Shown in pieces: positions 17,270 to 26,546 of a DNA stretch of 64,000 bases. Position numbers and translations under genes: made by a program. A model generated the notes under the pieces. That model was given only the letters and a program-made list of their open reading frames with translations. It did not search any database and was not told the DNA's origin. Location of the stretch: the NCBI GenBank assembly GCA_036557885.1, contig DATBGS010000084.1, positions 2,314 through 66,313 on the forward strand, written 5' to 3'. This stretch comes from Ktedonobacterales bacterium. Its GTDB lineage: Bacteria; Chloroflexota; Ktedonobacteria; Ktedonobacterales; DATBGS01. The first letter of the stretch is position 1. Each line of letters begins with the position of its first letter.

Positions 17270-17307
17270 ACGAAGAATCCCCGGCCTTTAGGCCAGGGGA
17301 GTGTCAA
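17090..17307 (+). ncRNA. candidate omega (right-end) RNA scaffold of TnpB copy 1
   Basis: By analogy with characterised TnpB systems, the scaffold overlaps the tnpB 3' end and stops at the right end. The hairpin at 17279-17299 plus GAGTGTCAA resembles copy 2. The 5' boundary is a guess. Confidence 0.3.
17279..17307. repeat. right-end (RE) hairpin and terminal TCAA of TnpB element 1
   Basis: CCCCGGCC-TTTA-GGCCAGGGG (one bulged A) followed by AGTGTCAA. It overlaps the last codons and the stop of the VOC gene on the opposite strand. Confidence 0.5.
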
Positions 17308-17662
17308 TCGGCTTAAAGACGCGGAAGATATGCCCTTGTGGTGCGCGGAAGATAAACGTTCGGCCAAATGGCCTCTCGTTTGGCTCTTCAAGCATTTCTA
17401 CGCCGCGCGCTTTCCAGGTTGCATAGGTGGCATCAACATCTTCGACGATGAAGGCTGGCTCAAATGGCTGCTCACTCTCCTGCCCCCGCACCTGGGGAAA
17501 ATCAGGCAGTTGGATTCCCAGGATGGCCCCACCCCCCGTCTCAAACTGCGCCATCGTTGGCGCGGCCCCTTCCAGGGTGAAGCCCAATGTGTCCCGGTAA
17601 AACGCGGTTGCCTCAGCAACATCCTTGACGATGATTCCAATATACCCAATGTTTGTAAGCAT
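17288..17662 (-). CDS. VOC-family (glyoxalase/bleomycin-resistance/dioxygenase fold) protein
   Basis: ORF trimmed to ATG 17662 (RBS AGGAGGAG). MLTNIGYIGIIVKDVAEATAFYRDTLGF is typical of the VOC family. Confidence 0.85.
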   Translation of the reverse strand: MLTNIGYIGIIVKDVAEATAFYRDTLGFTLEGAAPTMAQFETGGGAILGIQLPDFPQVRGQESEQPFEPAFIVEDVDATYATWKARGVEMLEEPNERPFGRTFIFRAPQGHIFRVFKPIDTPLA

Positions 17663-17808
17663 GCGTTCTCCTCCTGGTCTGCTTGAGCACTGGTGTTGTT
17701 CTTTCCACTCCAATCATACCAGAAGGCTGCTGACAGCAGTATGTCAGCAGCCTCATGACTTTGGGAAGGGAGGAAGAAATTCGTTGATTTACGTCTTTGA
17801 TTGGTCTG

Positions 17809-19182
17809 CTAGAGTCCTGCCTGCTTGTCACGCCGCCCAAAGAACGAGAGCAGCAGCACCGGCGCAGCGGTCAGACAGATCGCGCCCACCACAAAGCCCG
17901 CCGACAGGCCCACGTGCACCTGCAACCACCCGCCCAGGCTTGGCCCCAGGCTATAGCCCAGGCCCCAGGTGACAGAATAAAAGCCAAAGAGGGTCGCGCG
18001 GTGTTGTTCCGGCATTTGCTCCAGAGCAAAGGCCGCGTAGACCGGCTCGATGAATGCCCGCAGCATCGTGCGTATATATTCGCCTGATGCCGAGAGCACC
18101 AACCAGGGCGCAAAGCCGGTGAGGAGCATCACCGGCCCCGTGACCAGTTGCAGGCTGGTCGTGGTGCGCAGCTTGCCCCAGCGTTTCACCAGCAGCGGCG
18201 CGCAGAGTCCCGCCAGCCCGCCAATGAAACCGGCCAGCGCAAACAAGCCGCCCAGCGTGCCGGGCCGCAAGCCAAACTTCAGGAAGAAGAACAGTTGCAG
18301 CAGCCCCACCACAATGCCTTCGCCAAAGGTAATCAGCAGATCAGGGATGAGCAGCATGGCAAACAGGACCAACAAGGGCCGCGAGATGGTAATACGCTTC
18401 TTTCTTCTTTCTTCGTTTCTCTGGGGCACAGCCGCCGCAGCGATAGCAATATCCCCTGCTGCCGGAACGATCTTTGCCTCTTCTGAAGGGAGTTTTTTGG
18501 CGGGCACGCGCAGCCAGAAAAGCGGCAGCGCCGCCAGCAAAACCACCACCGATGCCGCCAGAATCCCCAGGCGCAGCGGCTCTGGCGTGGCCGAGGACTG
18601 ATGCAGCAGTGTTGCCGCGACCTCTGGCACCAGGCCCCCAATCAGGCTGCCCATCGCGCCCAGGCCCAGCAGCAAGAAACTGTTCATAGCCAGCACACCT
18701 ACGCGCTGGTCTTCCTGCACACTCTCCGCCAGCATGGGAATGCACGTCACCCAGTAAAACGAGGCCACAATCCCATTGACGAAGCTGGAAAGCAGCAGCG
18801 CCGACTCTGAGGTGCTGAAAGCAGTTGCCACGAGCGTCAGTGGCGTCAGCAGGCCGCTGAGCACCATCACCTGTTTGCGCCCCAGCCGGTCCGAGATCAT
18901 CCCGGCGGGAATAGCCATCACCAGCGCCCCAAGAGACGACATTCCAGCAAACAGCCCGACAAAATCCTGCCGATAGCCCAGGCTATAGACATAGAGATTG
19001 ATCGTCACCGCGCCAATGCTGATTTGAAAGCCCTTGCCCAGCGTATAGATCAGCAAGAGCCAGACATTCTGGCTAAAACGCGGCCAATGCAGCCAATCAG
19101 GGCGCCTGCCACGCGCTCTCTGCAATTCGGGCTGAGAAGCAAGAAGACTTTCAGAACTGCTCTGGTCGGTGGCACGGGCCAT
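17809..19182 (-). CDS. MFS transporter
   Basis: 457 aa with about 12 predicted hydrophobic segments and an MFS-like GMISDRLGRK loop. GGAG lies upstream of ATG 19182. Confidence 0.85.
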   Translation of the reverse strand: MARATDQSSSESLLASQPELQRARGRRPDWLHWPRFSQNVWLLLIYTLGKGFQISIGAVTINLYVYSLGYRQDFVGLFAGMSSLGALVMAIPAGMISDRLGRKQVMVLSGLLTPLTLVATAFSTSESALLLSSFVNGIVASFYWVTCIPMLAESVQEDQRVGVLAMNSFLLLGLGAMGSLIGGLVPEVAATLLHQSSATPEPLRLGILAASVVVLLAALPLFWLRVPAKKLPSEEAKIVPAAGDIAIAAAAVPQRNEERRKKRITISRPLLVLFAMLLIPDLLITFGEGIVVGLLQLFFFLKFGLRPGTLGGLFALAGFIGGLAGLCAPLLVKRWGKLRTTTSLQLVTGPVMLLTGFAPWLVLSASGEYIRTMLRAFIEPVYAAFALEQMPEQHRATLFGFYSVTWGLGYSLGPSLGGWLQVHVGLSAGFVVGAICLTAAPVLLLSFFGRRDKQAGL

Positions 19183-19331
19183 ACCAATCTCCTATCTGCA
19201 TACATGCTCCCCAGATTGTAGCATGCCTCATCTGATAGGACATCGGCCAAAAGGACAGCAACGCCTGTGGCTGAAAAGGCGATATAATGCAAGAGATGGA
19301 AGATCAGCCTGCTTTCAGGGAGGGACATTCT

Positions 19332-19823
19332 ATGGTATCGCGCTCCGCGCGCTGCTTTTTCTTTTTTTCGTTGCTGTTGACGCTGTTGATCGTGCTGGTG
19401 GGCTGCGCAACTGGCAGCCAGGCCAACAGCCGTACCCCAACCGTCACCGCCCCCGCTAAGACGGGCACCGCCGGGCCAGGCAGCACCCCCCTGGCGACGG
19501 CCACGCCAGCTACGGCCTGTGACGGCCAGTTCTCTGATGTTCTGCTCCCTGCGAACGCCATGCAGGTTGGCAAAACCACGACCAAAGGCGCAACCACTGA
19601 CTGTAGCTATCGCGTCGCGTTAGACCTGCAAACCACCGCCAACTTTTTCAAAAACCAGATGGGCGCGGCGACCTGGACACTGATTAAAGAGGAGCCACAA
19701 GGACCAGGGTCCGTTGGGCAGGAATATTTCAAGGCGCAAAGTTTTGTGACGATCATTCTGACCCAGCACGGCAGCGATACGCAGACCACCGACATTCATA
19801 TCACCGTTGAGGTCAGCCAGTAG
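19332..19823 (+). CDS. lipoprotein of unknown function
   Basis: ORF trimmed to ATG 19332. Signal peptide with lipobox LVGC. Confidence 0.6.
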   Translation: MVSRSARCFFFFSLLLTLLIVLVGCATGSQANSRTPTVTAPAKTGTAGPGSTPLATATPATACDGQFSDVLLPANAMQVGKTTTKGATTDCSYRVALDLQTTANFFKNQMGAATWTLIKEEPQGPGSVGQEYFKAQSFVTIILTQHGSDTQTTDIHITVEVSQ

Positions 19824-19878
19824 TTGGGGAGTATCCCTGCCTGGTAGTCTGCTCTGCCTGGCGTTCTATTCTACCTGG

Positions 19879-20715
19879 CTATCCCTGGCGCTCTTTGGCT
19901 GCTATTTCCTCCAGCATGTGGTGCTGTTCGCGCAGTGGGCGGCCTGTGCCGCCGCGCCGCAGCATCAACATCTCGGCGGCAATGGAAAGGGCTATCTCAT
20001 CGGGTGTTTCCGCGCCCAGGTCCAGGCCAATGGGCGAATGCGCCTGCTCCAGCCGCTCGCGGGGGATGCCTTCCTCCAGCAGTTCGCGGAAAATACGCCG
20101 CACCTTGCCGGGGCTGGCAATCATGCCCACATAGGGCGCGGGCGATTGCAGGGCCACGCGCAGCGCCTCTTTATCCAGGTGATGCCCGCGTGTCACCACC
20201 ACAATCCAGGTAGAGCTATCGGGCTGGAGTTCGCTCACCAGCCGGGGAATGTCGCCAAAGTGAAGCTGGGCGCTGTCGGGGAAGGTCTGCGGGTTGACCA
20301 GATCGCGCCGGTCATCCAACACAAGCAGGCGAAAATCAAGATGGCTGGCGATACGCGCCAGCGCCTGTGCCACATAGCCGCCACCCACCAGAATTAGCCG
20401 CTGCTCCGGGCGTACCGCCTCGACAAAAACCTCCATCGTCCCTCCGCAACTGCCTGATGTCTCGCCGGTGTCGGCGTCAATGGCGTAAAAGTTTGCGCGC
20501 GGACGGCCATCATTGAAGGTCGCCAGGGCATCCTCAACGGCGCGGCCATCCAGCAGCGTCCCGCCCAGCGTCCCCACTGTGCGGCCATCAGCAAAAACAA
20601 GCATCTTGGTGCCCGCCGGACGCGGCGAGGAGCCGGTCGTTTTGACGATGGTGACGGTTGCCACCTGCTCGCCACGATTCAAGGCCGATTGAATTTCTGT
20701 GTAGATGTTGCTCAT
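19879..20715 (-). CDS. XdhC/CoxI-family accessory protein
   Basis: N-terminal XdhC_CoxI-like block plus a Rossmann part (RLILVGGGYVAQAL...VVVTRGHHLDKEAL...SPIGLDLGAETPDEIALSIAAE). Confidence 0.8.
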   Translation of the reverse strand: MSNIYTEIQSALNRGEQVATVTIVKTTGSSPRPAGTKMLVFADGRTVGTLGGTLLDGRAVEDALATFNDGRPRANFYAIDADTGETSGSCGGTMEVFVEAVRPEQRLILVGGGYVAQALARIASHLDFRLLVLDDRRDLVNPQTFPDSAQLHFGDIPRLVSELQPDSSTWIVVVTRGHHLDKEALRVALQSPAPYVGMIASPGKVRRIFRELLEEGIPRERLEQAHSPIGLDLGAETPDEIALSIAAEMLMLRRGGTGRPLREQHHMLEEIAAKERQG

Positions 20716-20726
20716 CTTCTTCTTGC

Positions 20727-21491
20727 CTACTGCGCCTTTGCCTCGGCAGTGCCGCGCACAATCTCCACAAACTCTGGCTTTAACGAGGCGCCGCCCACCA
20801 GGGCGCCATCAATCTCTGGCTGACTCACAAATTCCTGAATATTGGCCGCCGTCACGCTGCCGCCATACTGAATACGTACCGCCTGCGCCGCCTCCGCGCC
20901 ATACATCTCTGTCAGCAGGGCGCGAATCTGCTGCACCACTGTCACCGCGTCCTGGGCCGTTGCCGCTTTGCCGGTGCCAATGGCCCAGATGGGTTCATAG
21001 GCAATCACCACCTCGCTCACGCGCTCGGCGGGCAGACCGCCCAGGCTGCCAGGTATCTGCTTGGCAATCACCTGCTCCGTCTCGCCTGCCTCGCGCTGCT
21101 CCAGCCGCTCGCCCACACACACAATCGGCTTGAGGCCAGAGGCGAAGGCGGCGTGCACCTTTTTATTCACCAGTTCATCTGTCTCGCCAAAATAGCCGCG
21201 CCGCTCCGAATGCCCCAGAATCACATACTCGCACAAGCCCCGCAACATGGTTGGGGAGATTTCGCCGGTATAGGCGCCCTTTGGCTCGTAATACATATTT
21301 TGCGCCCCCAGCTTCACCTCGCTGCCCATAATGGCTGTATACACGGTCAAGAGTGAAACCGCCGGAGGACACAGCACGCGCTCAACAGTGTGAATCTCGT
21401 GCAGCCCTGGAAGGATTCCGGCCACAAATTCTTCGGCCTCGCCCGGACCATAATTCATTTTCCAGTTTCCGGCAATAATTGGAGTTCTCAT
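20727..21491 (-). CDS. tpiA: triose-phosphate isomerase
   Basis: ORF trimmed to ATG 21491 (MRTPIIAGNWKMN). Also ILGHSERR, AYEPIWAIGTG and YGGS blocks. Confidence 0.92.
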   Translation of the reverse strand: MRTPIIAGNWKMNYGPGEAEEFVAGILPGLHEIHTVERVLCPPAVSLLTVYTAIMGSEVKLGAQNMYYEPKGAYTGEISPTMLRGLCEYVILGHSERRGYFGETDELVNKKVHAAFASGLKPIVCVGERLEQREAGETEQVIAKQIPGSLGGLPAERVSEVVIAYEPIWAIGTGKAATAQDAVTVVQQIRALLTEMYGAEAAQAVRIQYGGSVTAANIQEFVSQPEIDGALVGGASLKPEFVEIVRGTAEAKAQ

Positions 21492-21917
21492 TGGATGCAG
21501 ACCTACACTTCCACCAGGCAATCTTTTTTTGCAAAGAGTATTGGCGCCATTTTTTAGTACGATCTTACGATCTATAGAAGCTTCCTTTGGGAATTGTACC
21601 GCATCTGGCGCCTGCGCACAAGACACCAGCCGGCCACAAAGGAAGCTGGCGACATCCAGGCGAGGGCCAGGGTGTCAGCCCTGCTTCATTATTGTCAGGC
21701 TGGTTATGGAAACCCTGCCCATGCCGCATGAGAAATCCATAACAATTTCTTAACCAAATCATCACCGAAACAACCATCTGCTTGAGGCGCCTTTATGCTA
21801 TGCTAGCCTTACTGAGGAGCCGTGTATTGCCTGCTTGCCAGGCCAGCACTACCCGGCTAATATTGGCCTGTGATCTCTCAGTGTTGAGCAATATATTCTG
21901 TTGTAGGAGGCCACTGC

Positions 21918-22958
21918 ATGATCAAACACTCTTCCCTCTCTCCCATGCTCACCCGGCGATTTCTTCCGGGGGCCGTTACAGTGGCGCTTGTCGCGCTGCT
22001 GGCGGTCATGCTCATGCCCCAGGCGCGGGCTGCCAGCACAGATAACCGTTCGGACCTCAAAAACTTCCAGCATGTCTTTGTCATTATGATGGAAAACACG
22101 GGGCTGGATGCGCTGATTGGCAATCCCAACGCGCCCTGGATCAACTCCGCTGCCCAAACATACGGTCTGGCGACGAATTACTTTGGAGTCACCCATCCCA
22201 GCCAGCCCAACTACATTGCGGCGACCTCTGGCGCGCTCAATGGGGTGTTGGATGACAACGACATCACCGTTGACGTTCCTAACATCGTTGACCAACTGGA
22301 GGCGCACGGCAAAAGCTGGACCGCCTATATGCAATCGCTGTCGCTGTGCAATGGCGACCTGCTGGCGCATGCCTGCGGCAACCAGCTTTACGAGCGCAAG
22401 CACAACCCATTTATCTCCTATGCCGATGTCCAGAATAACCCGGCACGCACCGCCAATATCGTTGACTATGGCCAGCTTTCCAGCGACCTGGCAAGTAATC
22501 ATGTCTCCGATTACGTCTGGATCAGCCCGGACCAGTGCAACGATATGCACGGCAGGGCCGCCACGCCAAGCGATCCCTGCGACTTCTCCCAGGTGCAGAG
22601 CCTGATCGCAACAGGCGATGCGTTCCTGAGCAGCACCGTCAGAGCGATCATGAACTCGCGCGCCTGGACGGGCAATTCCGTGATCTTTATTACCTGGGAC
22701 GAGAGCGACTTTACCGGCTCTGGTCCATTTGGCTTCGGCGATACGCGGGGCTGCTGCGACGCCAATCCAGGCGGCGGCAATGTCGTCACCCTGGCGATCT
22801 CGCACTCCGACCACAGCCCGCGCACCTCCAACGTTGCCTACAATCATTACTCCATACTGGCAACCATTGAGGACGGCTGGAAGCTCGGCTGCCTGGCAAA
22901 CACCTGCGATACCGCGAACGTGCCACCCATGAGCGATCTGGTTGGTCCCAAAGGCTAA
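21918..22958 (+). CDS. secreted phosphoesterase-family protein (acid phosphatase / phospholipase C-like)
   Basis: HVFVIMMENTG...HPSQPNYIAATSG blocks. The N-terminus has a Tat-like TRRFLPG followed by a hydrophobic stretch and ARA. RBS is AGGAGG. Confidence 0.78.
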   Translation: MIKHSSLSPMLTRRFLPGAVTVALVALLAVMLMPQARAASTDNRSDLKNFQHVFVIMMENTGLDALIGNPNAPWINSAAQTYGLATNYFGVTHPSQPNYIAATSGALNGVLDDNDITVDVPNIVDQLEAHGKSWTAYMQSLSLCNGDLLAHACGNQLYERKHNPFISYADVQNNPARTANIVDYGQLSSDLASNHVSDYVWISPDQCNDMHGRAATPSDPCDFSQVQSLIATGDAFLSSTVRAIMNSRAWTGNSVIFITWDESDFTGSGPFGFGDTRGCCDANPGGGNVVTLAISHSDHSPRTSNVAYNHYSILATIEDGWKLGCLANTCDTANVPPMSDLVGPKG

Positions 22959-22975
22959 GCCGATTGGCTTGAGTA

Positions 22976-23015
22976 GTGCTCCTCTGGCTGCGCAGCCAGA
23001 GGAGCACTTTTTTGA
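22976..23015 (+). terminator. Rho-independent terminator
   Basis: AGTGCTCCTCTGGC...GCCAGAGGAGCACT stem followed by TTTTTT, directly after stop 22958. Confidence 0.8.
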
Positions 23016-23104
23016 GCAGGGCAGCACAGCAAAAAGGGGACGCGCCTCACGCTTGCCGACGATCAGCCTCTTGACATTCGTATGGTTTAGCGCTAAACTA
23101 TTTT

Positions 23105-23551
23105 ATGAGAACAACACGAACATGGAGGCGTGATGCTGTGCGCAAGGCATCTGTTGTTACCTGGCTACGATTAGCGCGGGTCTTCCAAAAGATAGACCAC
23201 GCCTCGGCAGAGCATCTGCGCGCCTGGGGGCTGAGTGTGGCGCAGTTTGATGTACTGGCGCATGTTGGCACCACTGAAGGGCTGACCCAGCAAGAGCTGG
23301 CAGATTCGTTGCTCGTCACCAAGGGCAACATCTGTCAATTGCTTGACCGTCTGGAGCACAGCGGCCTGATTGAGCGGCGCCAGGAGAGGCGCACCAAACG
23401 GCTTTTTCTCACACAGGCCGGACAGAAGCTCTTTGACGACGTGGTTCCCGCCCAGGAACGCATGATAGCCAGCCTCTTTTCCACGCTCGCGCCAGAGGAA
23501 GAGCGGGCGCTTCTGGCGGCGCTGCGCAGACTCGACCACACGCTTCAATAA
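23105..23551 (+). CDS. MarR-family transcriptional regulator
   Basis: Winged-helix block GLTQQELADSLLVTKGNICQLLDRLEHSGLIERR. An alternative start is GTG 23138, with GGAGG 9 nt upstream. Confidence 0.85.
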   Translation: MRTTRTWRRDAVRKASVVTWLRLARVFQKIDHASAEHLRAWGLSVAQFDVLAHVGTTEGLTQQELADSLLVTKGNICQLLDRLEHSGLIERRQERRTKRLFLTQAGQKLFDDVVPAQERMIASLFSTLAPEEERALLAALRRLDHTLQ

Positions 23552-23552
23552 A

Positions 23553-23596
23553 GCCAGGGGCGGTTGCGCGTGCGCAACCGCCCCTGGCGCTCTTTT
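23553..23596. terminator. long GC hairpin plus T-run between convergent genes
   Basis: GCCAGGGGCGGTTGCGC pairs with GCGCAACCGCCCCTGGC (23553-23588), then CTCTTTTG. The other side has TTTATT on the minus strand. Confidence 0.65.
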
Positions 23597-23625
23597 GCGT
23601 GGTCACATTGCTCTGTCGAATTGCG

Positions 23626-25482
23626 CTACGGCACCGCCGTCCACACCAGCGCAGTTACCCCGGCGGCATCATCCACCTGATGGATGGCACTCCCATCGGG
23701 GGTGCTCACCTGGATGTTCTTTGCGCCCGCAAAAGCCACGCGCGCTCCATCGGGCGACCAGCCAAGCGCCGTTGGACTCCCCTGGCTGGTGAGCGGCGTG
23801 ATCTTGCCACCAATCGCCGCGCTGAAGACCTGCCCACCGGCAACGTATAAGACCTGTGTGGCATCGGGCGACCAGGTTGGCAGAGGCGCGAGCGCCACAT
23901 CATCGGCAATCTTCACCTGGCCCCGCACCGGAGTCCAGACCCAGAGATCGCCAGTGCCCGCGCTCTCGCCAGCCACCACGTAGAGGGCGCTGGAGCCATC
24001 GGGCGACCAGTGTACCGCTGTCATCTGCCCGGATGCCAGGCCATTCACCAGCGAGCCATCGGCATGCACGGAGCGCAAGCCAATGCCGTTTTGCGCCACC
24101 AGCCACGCGCCAGTCTCGCCAGCCTGCGGATTATAATCTACGGCGCTAAAGGTTGAGCCAGGAAGAGTCAGCCGCGCCAGGTGCGGCGCCTGCTGGAAGC
24201 GATACGACCACAAGCTCTTGACCGGCCCGCTGTCTGGCGCCCCGGCGCTCCAGGTGAGTATCGGGTTCTGCGTGTCGCTGGTCCAGAACAAGCCGCGCAC
24301 CACATCGCCCGCGTCACCTTGCGGCGAGGCACGATCTACCACCTTTTGCAGAGATTGGGCGGCCAGGTTCGCATCCCAGATGCTCGTCGCGCCCTGCGCG
24401 GCCAGCACATAGGCAAGCTGCGCGCCATCAGAGGACCACGCGGGCATTTCTGGCAGCGCTCCGGCGGTTGGTGCTCCACTCACCGCGCGGGCTGCTGAAC
24501 TTTCCACATTCACCACCCACAAGGCTGCGCCGGTGCCAGCATGGTCAGCGACAAACGCCAACTGTCGGGCATCCGGCGACCAGGCCAGCCCCGACAGCAC
24601 CGCCTGCCCTTCAGCGCTTTGCCAGAAGGCGGGCAAGCTCACGCCTGTGGGAACCAGCGTTGCCAGCGTCGTATCACGCGCATCATCGGTCTGGATGCTG
24701 TGCAGGGTGCCGGTTTTCAAGTCAATATAGGCCAGGTGATGCACCCCATCCGGGCCAGCCATCGGAGCAACCACCCACCCAGGGGCAACCGTCACTGTGG
24801 TGGCCGTGAGGGGTTTACGCATCTGCGGCCCCTGTTCCGGTGCGCTCCAGAGGCGGCCATCATGCAAATACACCACCCGATTTCCGGCGGATAACGGGCC
24901 AACCACCGGCTCCGAGACACTAAACGTAGGGACAGCCGCCTGCGGCGGACTGGTGCCAAGCCATGTTTTTATCCCTAGCGCCGAGCCAAGCACCAGCACC
25001 AGCACCGCTGCTGCCACTGCCATTCGCAGGGCCAGCCGCTGCCAATCTATCTGTCTGGGGGCACGCCGCGCGCCAACAACAGGAGCGCCATGACCATTGC
25101 TGCTTGCTTTGGTCTGTTGCCCATCGGGACGAAGCACCACCAACTGCGGATGATGCCCGTTGGTGCTGGGCAGTTCTTCAGCCAGCGCTGAGCGTTCATC
25201 CTGGGCAGTTGGCATCTCCGCCTCATCTGCCGGATGCCCTTGCAGGCTGATCTCGCGCGTCAGTTCCAGAAATTCCGGTGAAGAAAATATGCGCGTGTGC
25301 AGGGAGGCTGGGGGTTCCACTCTGGGCAGCAGCAAGACAAGTTGATCAACCTCAAGGTCAGCGCGACAGGATGTACAACGGTCCAGGTGCTCCTCTACCT
25401 CCGCACGGGTGGAAGAGGGGAGCTCATTGCGCGCATAGGCGCCGAGCAGTGCTCCAGCCCGATTGCAGTTCATAAGCAGCAA
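23626..25482 (-). CDS. anti-sigma factor (zf-HC2) with single TM and TolB-like beta-propeller repeats
   Basis: The N-terminus has HLDRCTSCRADLE. A TM segment lies near LALRMAVAAAVLVLVLGSALG. The C-terminal repeats are of the WSPDG/WSSDG type. Confidence 0.75.
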   Translation of the reverse strand: MLLMNCNRAGALLGAYARNELPSSTRAEVEEHLDRCTSCRADLEVDQLVLLLPRVEPPASLHTRIFSSPEFLELTREISLQGHPADEAEMPTAQDERSALAEELPSTNGHHPQLVVLRPDGQQTKASSNGHGAPVVGARRAPRQIDWQRLALRMAVAAAVLVLVLGSALGIKTWLGTSPPQAAVPTFSVSEPVVGPLSAGNRVVYLHDGRLWSAPEQGPQMRKPLTATTVTVAPGWVVAPMAGPDGVHHLAYIDLKTGTLHSIQTDDARDTTLATLVPTGVSLPAFWQSAEGQAVLSGLAWSPDARQLAFVADHAGTGAALWVVNVESSAARAVSGAPTAGALPEMPAWSSDGAQLAYVLAAQGATSIWDANLAAQSLQKVVDRASPQGDAGDVVRGLFWTSDTQNPILTWSAGAPDSGPVKSLWSYRFQQAPHLARLTLPGSTFSAVDYNPQAGETGAWLVAQNGIGLRSVHADGSLVNGLASGQMTAVHWSPDGSSALYVVAGESAGTGDLWVWTPVRGQVKIADDVALAPLPTWSPDATQVLYVAGGQVFSAAIGGKITPLTSQGSPTALGWSPDGARVAFAGAKNIQVSTPDGSAIHQVDDAAGVTALVWTAVP

Positions 25483-25617
25483 ATCCTTCCCGTCTGCGTA
25501 GAAAACCGCCCTCCCTTGCCTGCTACCTTCAGGTTGGAGGGCGTTTCCCTGGCAAGGGTGTTGTGGTTCTCGCGTGCATTGCTGGCAGGCACGCCTGCCA
25601 GCGAACAGCGACGGCCA

Positions 25618-26196
25618 TCAGGCTGGCTCAACACCAGCCCCCGGAGGAACCCGGTGGGATGCCGTCCGCGCCATTGTGCCTTGCTCCAGTGCCCGGAAGT
25701 GCTCGCGGAACGACTGCCGCGCACGAGAGAGATACATCTTGACACCGCTCTCAGCAATCTTCAACGTCTGGGCGATCTCGCCATAGGAAAACCCTTCCTG
25801 CGTATACAGCAATAAGGCGGCTCGATACTGGGGGGGCATGCGTTTCAGCGCACCTCGCACCAGTTCGGCGGTCCCAATTGTCTCCTGTGGGTCAGCGCTT
25901 TCCACATCGGCAGGCTCGTGGTCCAAATCCTGCCAGGGAAGCCAGGCAATCAGTTTCCGCCGCCGGAGCGCGTCATAGGCTGTATTTGTGGCGATGCGAT
26001 AGAGCCAGGCAGAAAGCTTCAGGTTAGCATCCATCTTTGGCAAAGCTTTAAACGCCTTGAGGAAGGTATCCTGAGTTAAATCGTCTGCCTGTTCACGGTT
26101 TCCGACCAGATGATAGATATAGTTGTAAATCGGTGTCTTAAATTCTTCGTAGATACGCTCGAAGGACCATGTGGTCTCCGATTCCACCCTGGTCAT
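25618..26196 (-). CDS. ECF-type RNA polymerase sigma-70 factor
   Basis: Region 2 (ADDLTQDTFLKAFKAL, AWLYRIATN) and region 4 (FSYGEIAQTLKIAESGVKMYLSRAR). Confidence 0.9.
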   Translation of the reverse strand: MTRVESETTWSFERIYEEFKTPIYNYIYHLVGNREQADDLTQDTFLKAFKALPKMDANLKLSAWLYRIATNTAYDALRRRKLIAWLPWQDLDHEPADVESADPQETIGTAELVRGALKRMPPQYRAALLLYTQEGFSYGEIAQTLKIAESGVKMYLSRARQSFREHFRALEQGTMARTASHRVPPGAGVEPA

Positions 26197-26475
26197 ACGA
26201 CTGCGCCCCTTCAGAAGATGCTAGATAAGAGCAATACACTCCGTCCAGCTATCAGCAGGCGCGCAGGCATACTGCGGCAGTCCTTCTGATTGTGAGACGG
26301 ACAACACAGAAGTGGGTAACAATAAATCCGGCGATAACATGCCAGGGACAATTCCTTGACGCAAGAAATCGTAGCATATGGTCGAGTCATCACCAAGGAA
26401 AACAGATGTTTTTAGGACTAAAGTCCCGCAACGAAGAAAAGGGCAGTTCGTCTGGGGAGAGAGAGCGATTCGACG

Positions 26476-26504
26476 CTTGTGTTTTTGCCTCCAATGTGGT
26501 ATTC
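26476..26504 (+). promoter_or_regulatory. candidate promoter for the riboswitch-controlled operon
   Basis: TTGTGT (26476-26481), 17-nt spacer, TGg-TATTCT (26496-26504). It lies about 45 nt upstream of the riboswitch P1. Confidence 0.4.
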
Positions 26505-26546
26505 TGGCGGCGACAAGACGACAATCAAATAATCCTTGCGCAGAAT

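Larger units (their letters stand above)
15751..17307 (+). mobile_element. IS200/IS605-family-like element without tnpA: left hairpin, RHH gene, frameshifted tnpB, right hairpin
   Basis: It is bracketed by related hairpins (15757-15799 and 17279-17299, both with a CCCCG..CTTTAG..GGGG core). TTAC lies left of the left hairpin and TCAA at 17304-17307. The internal gene is tnpB. The exact ends are inferred. Confidence 0.55.

Noticed and set aside
21849-23027. 392-codon minus-strand ORF opposite the phosphoesterase gene; similar shadows at 34627-35646, 63023-63754, 2474-3316 and 39660-40211
   Set aside because: In each case the opposite strand carries a gene with clear family motifs, a signal peptide or an RBS, and the shadow has none.
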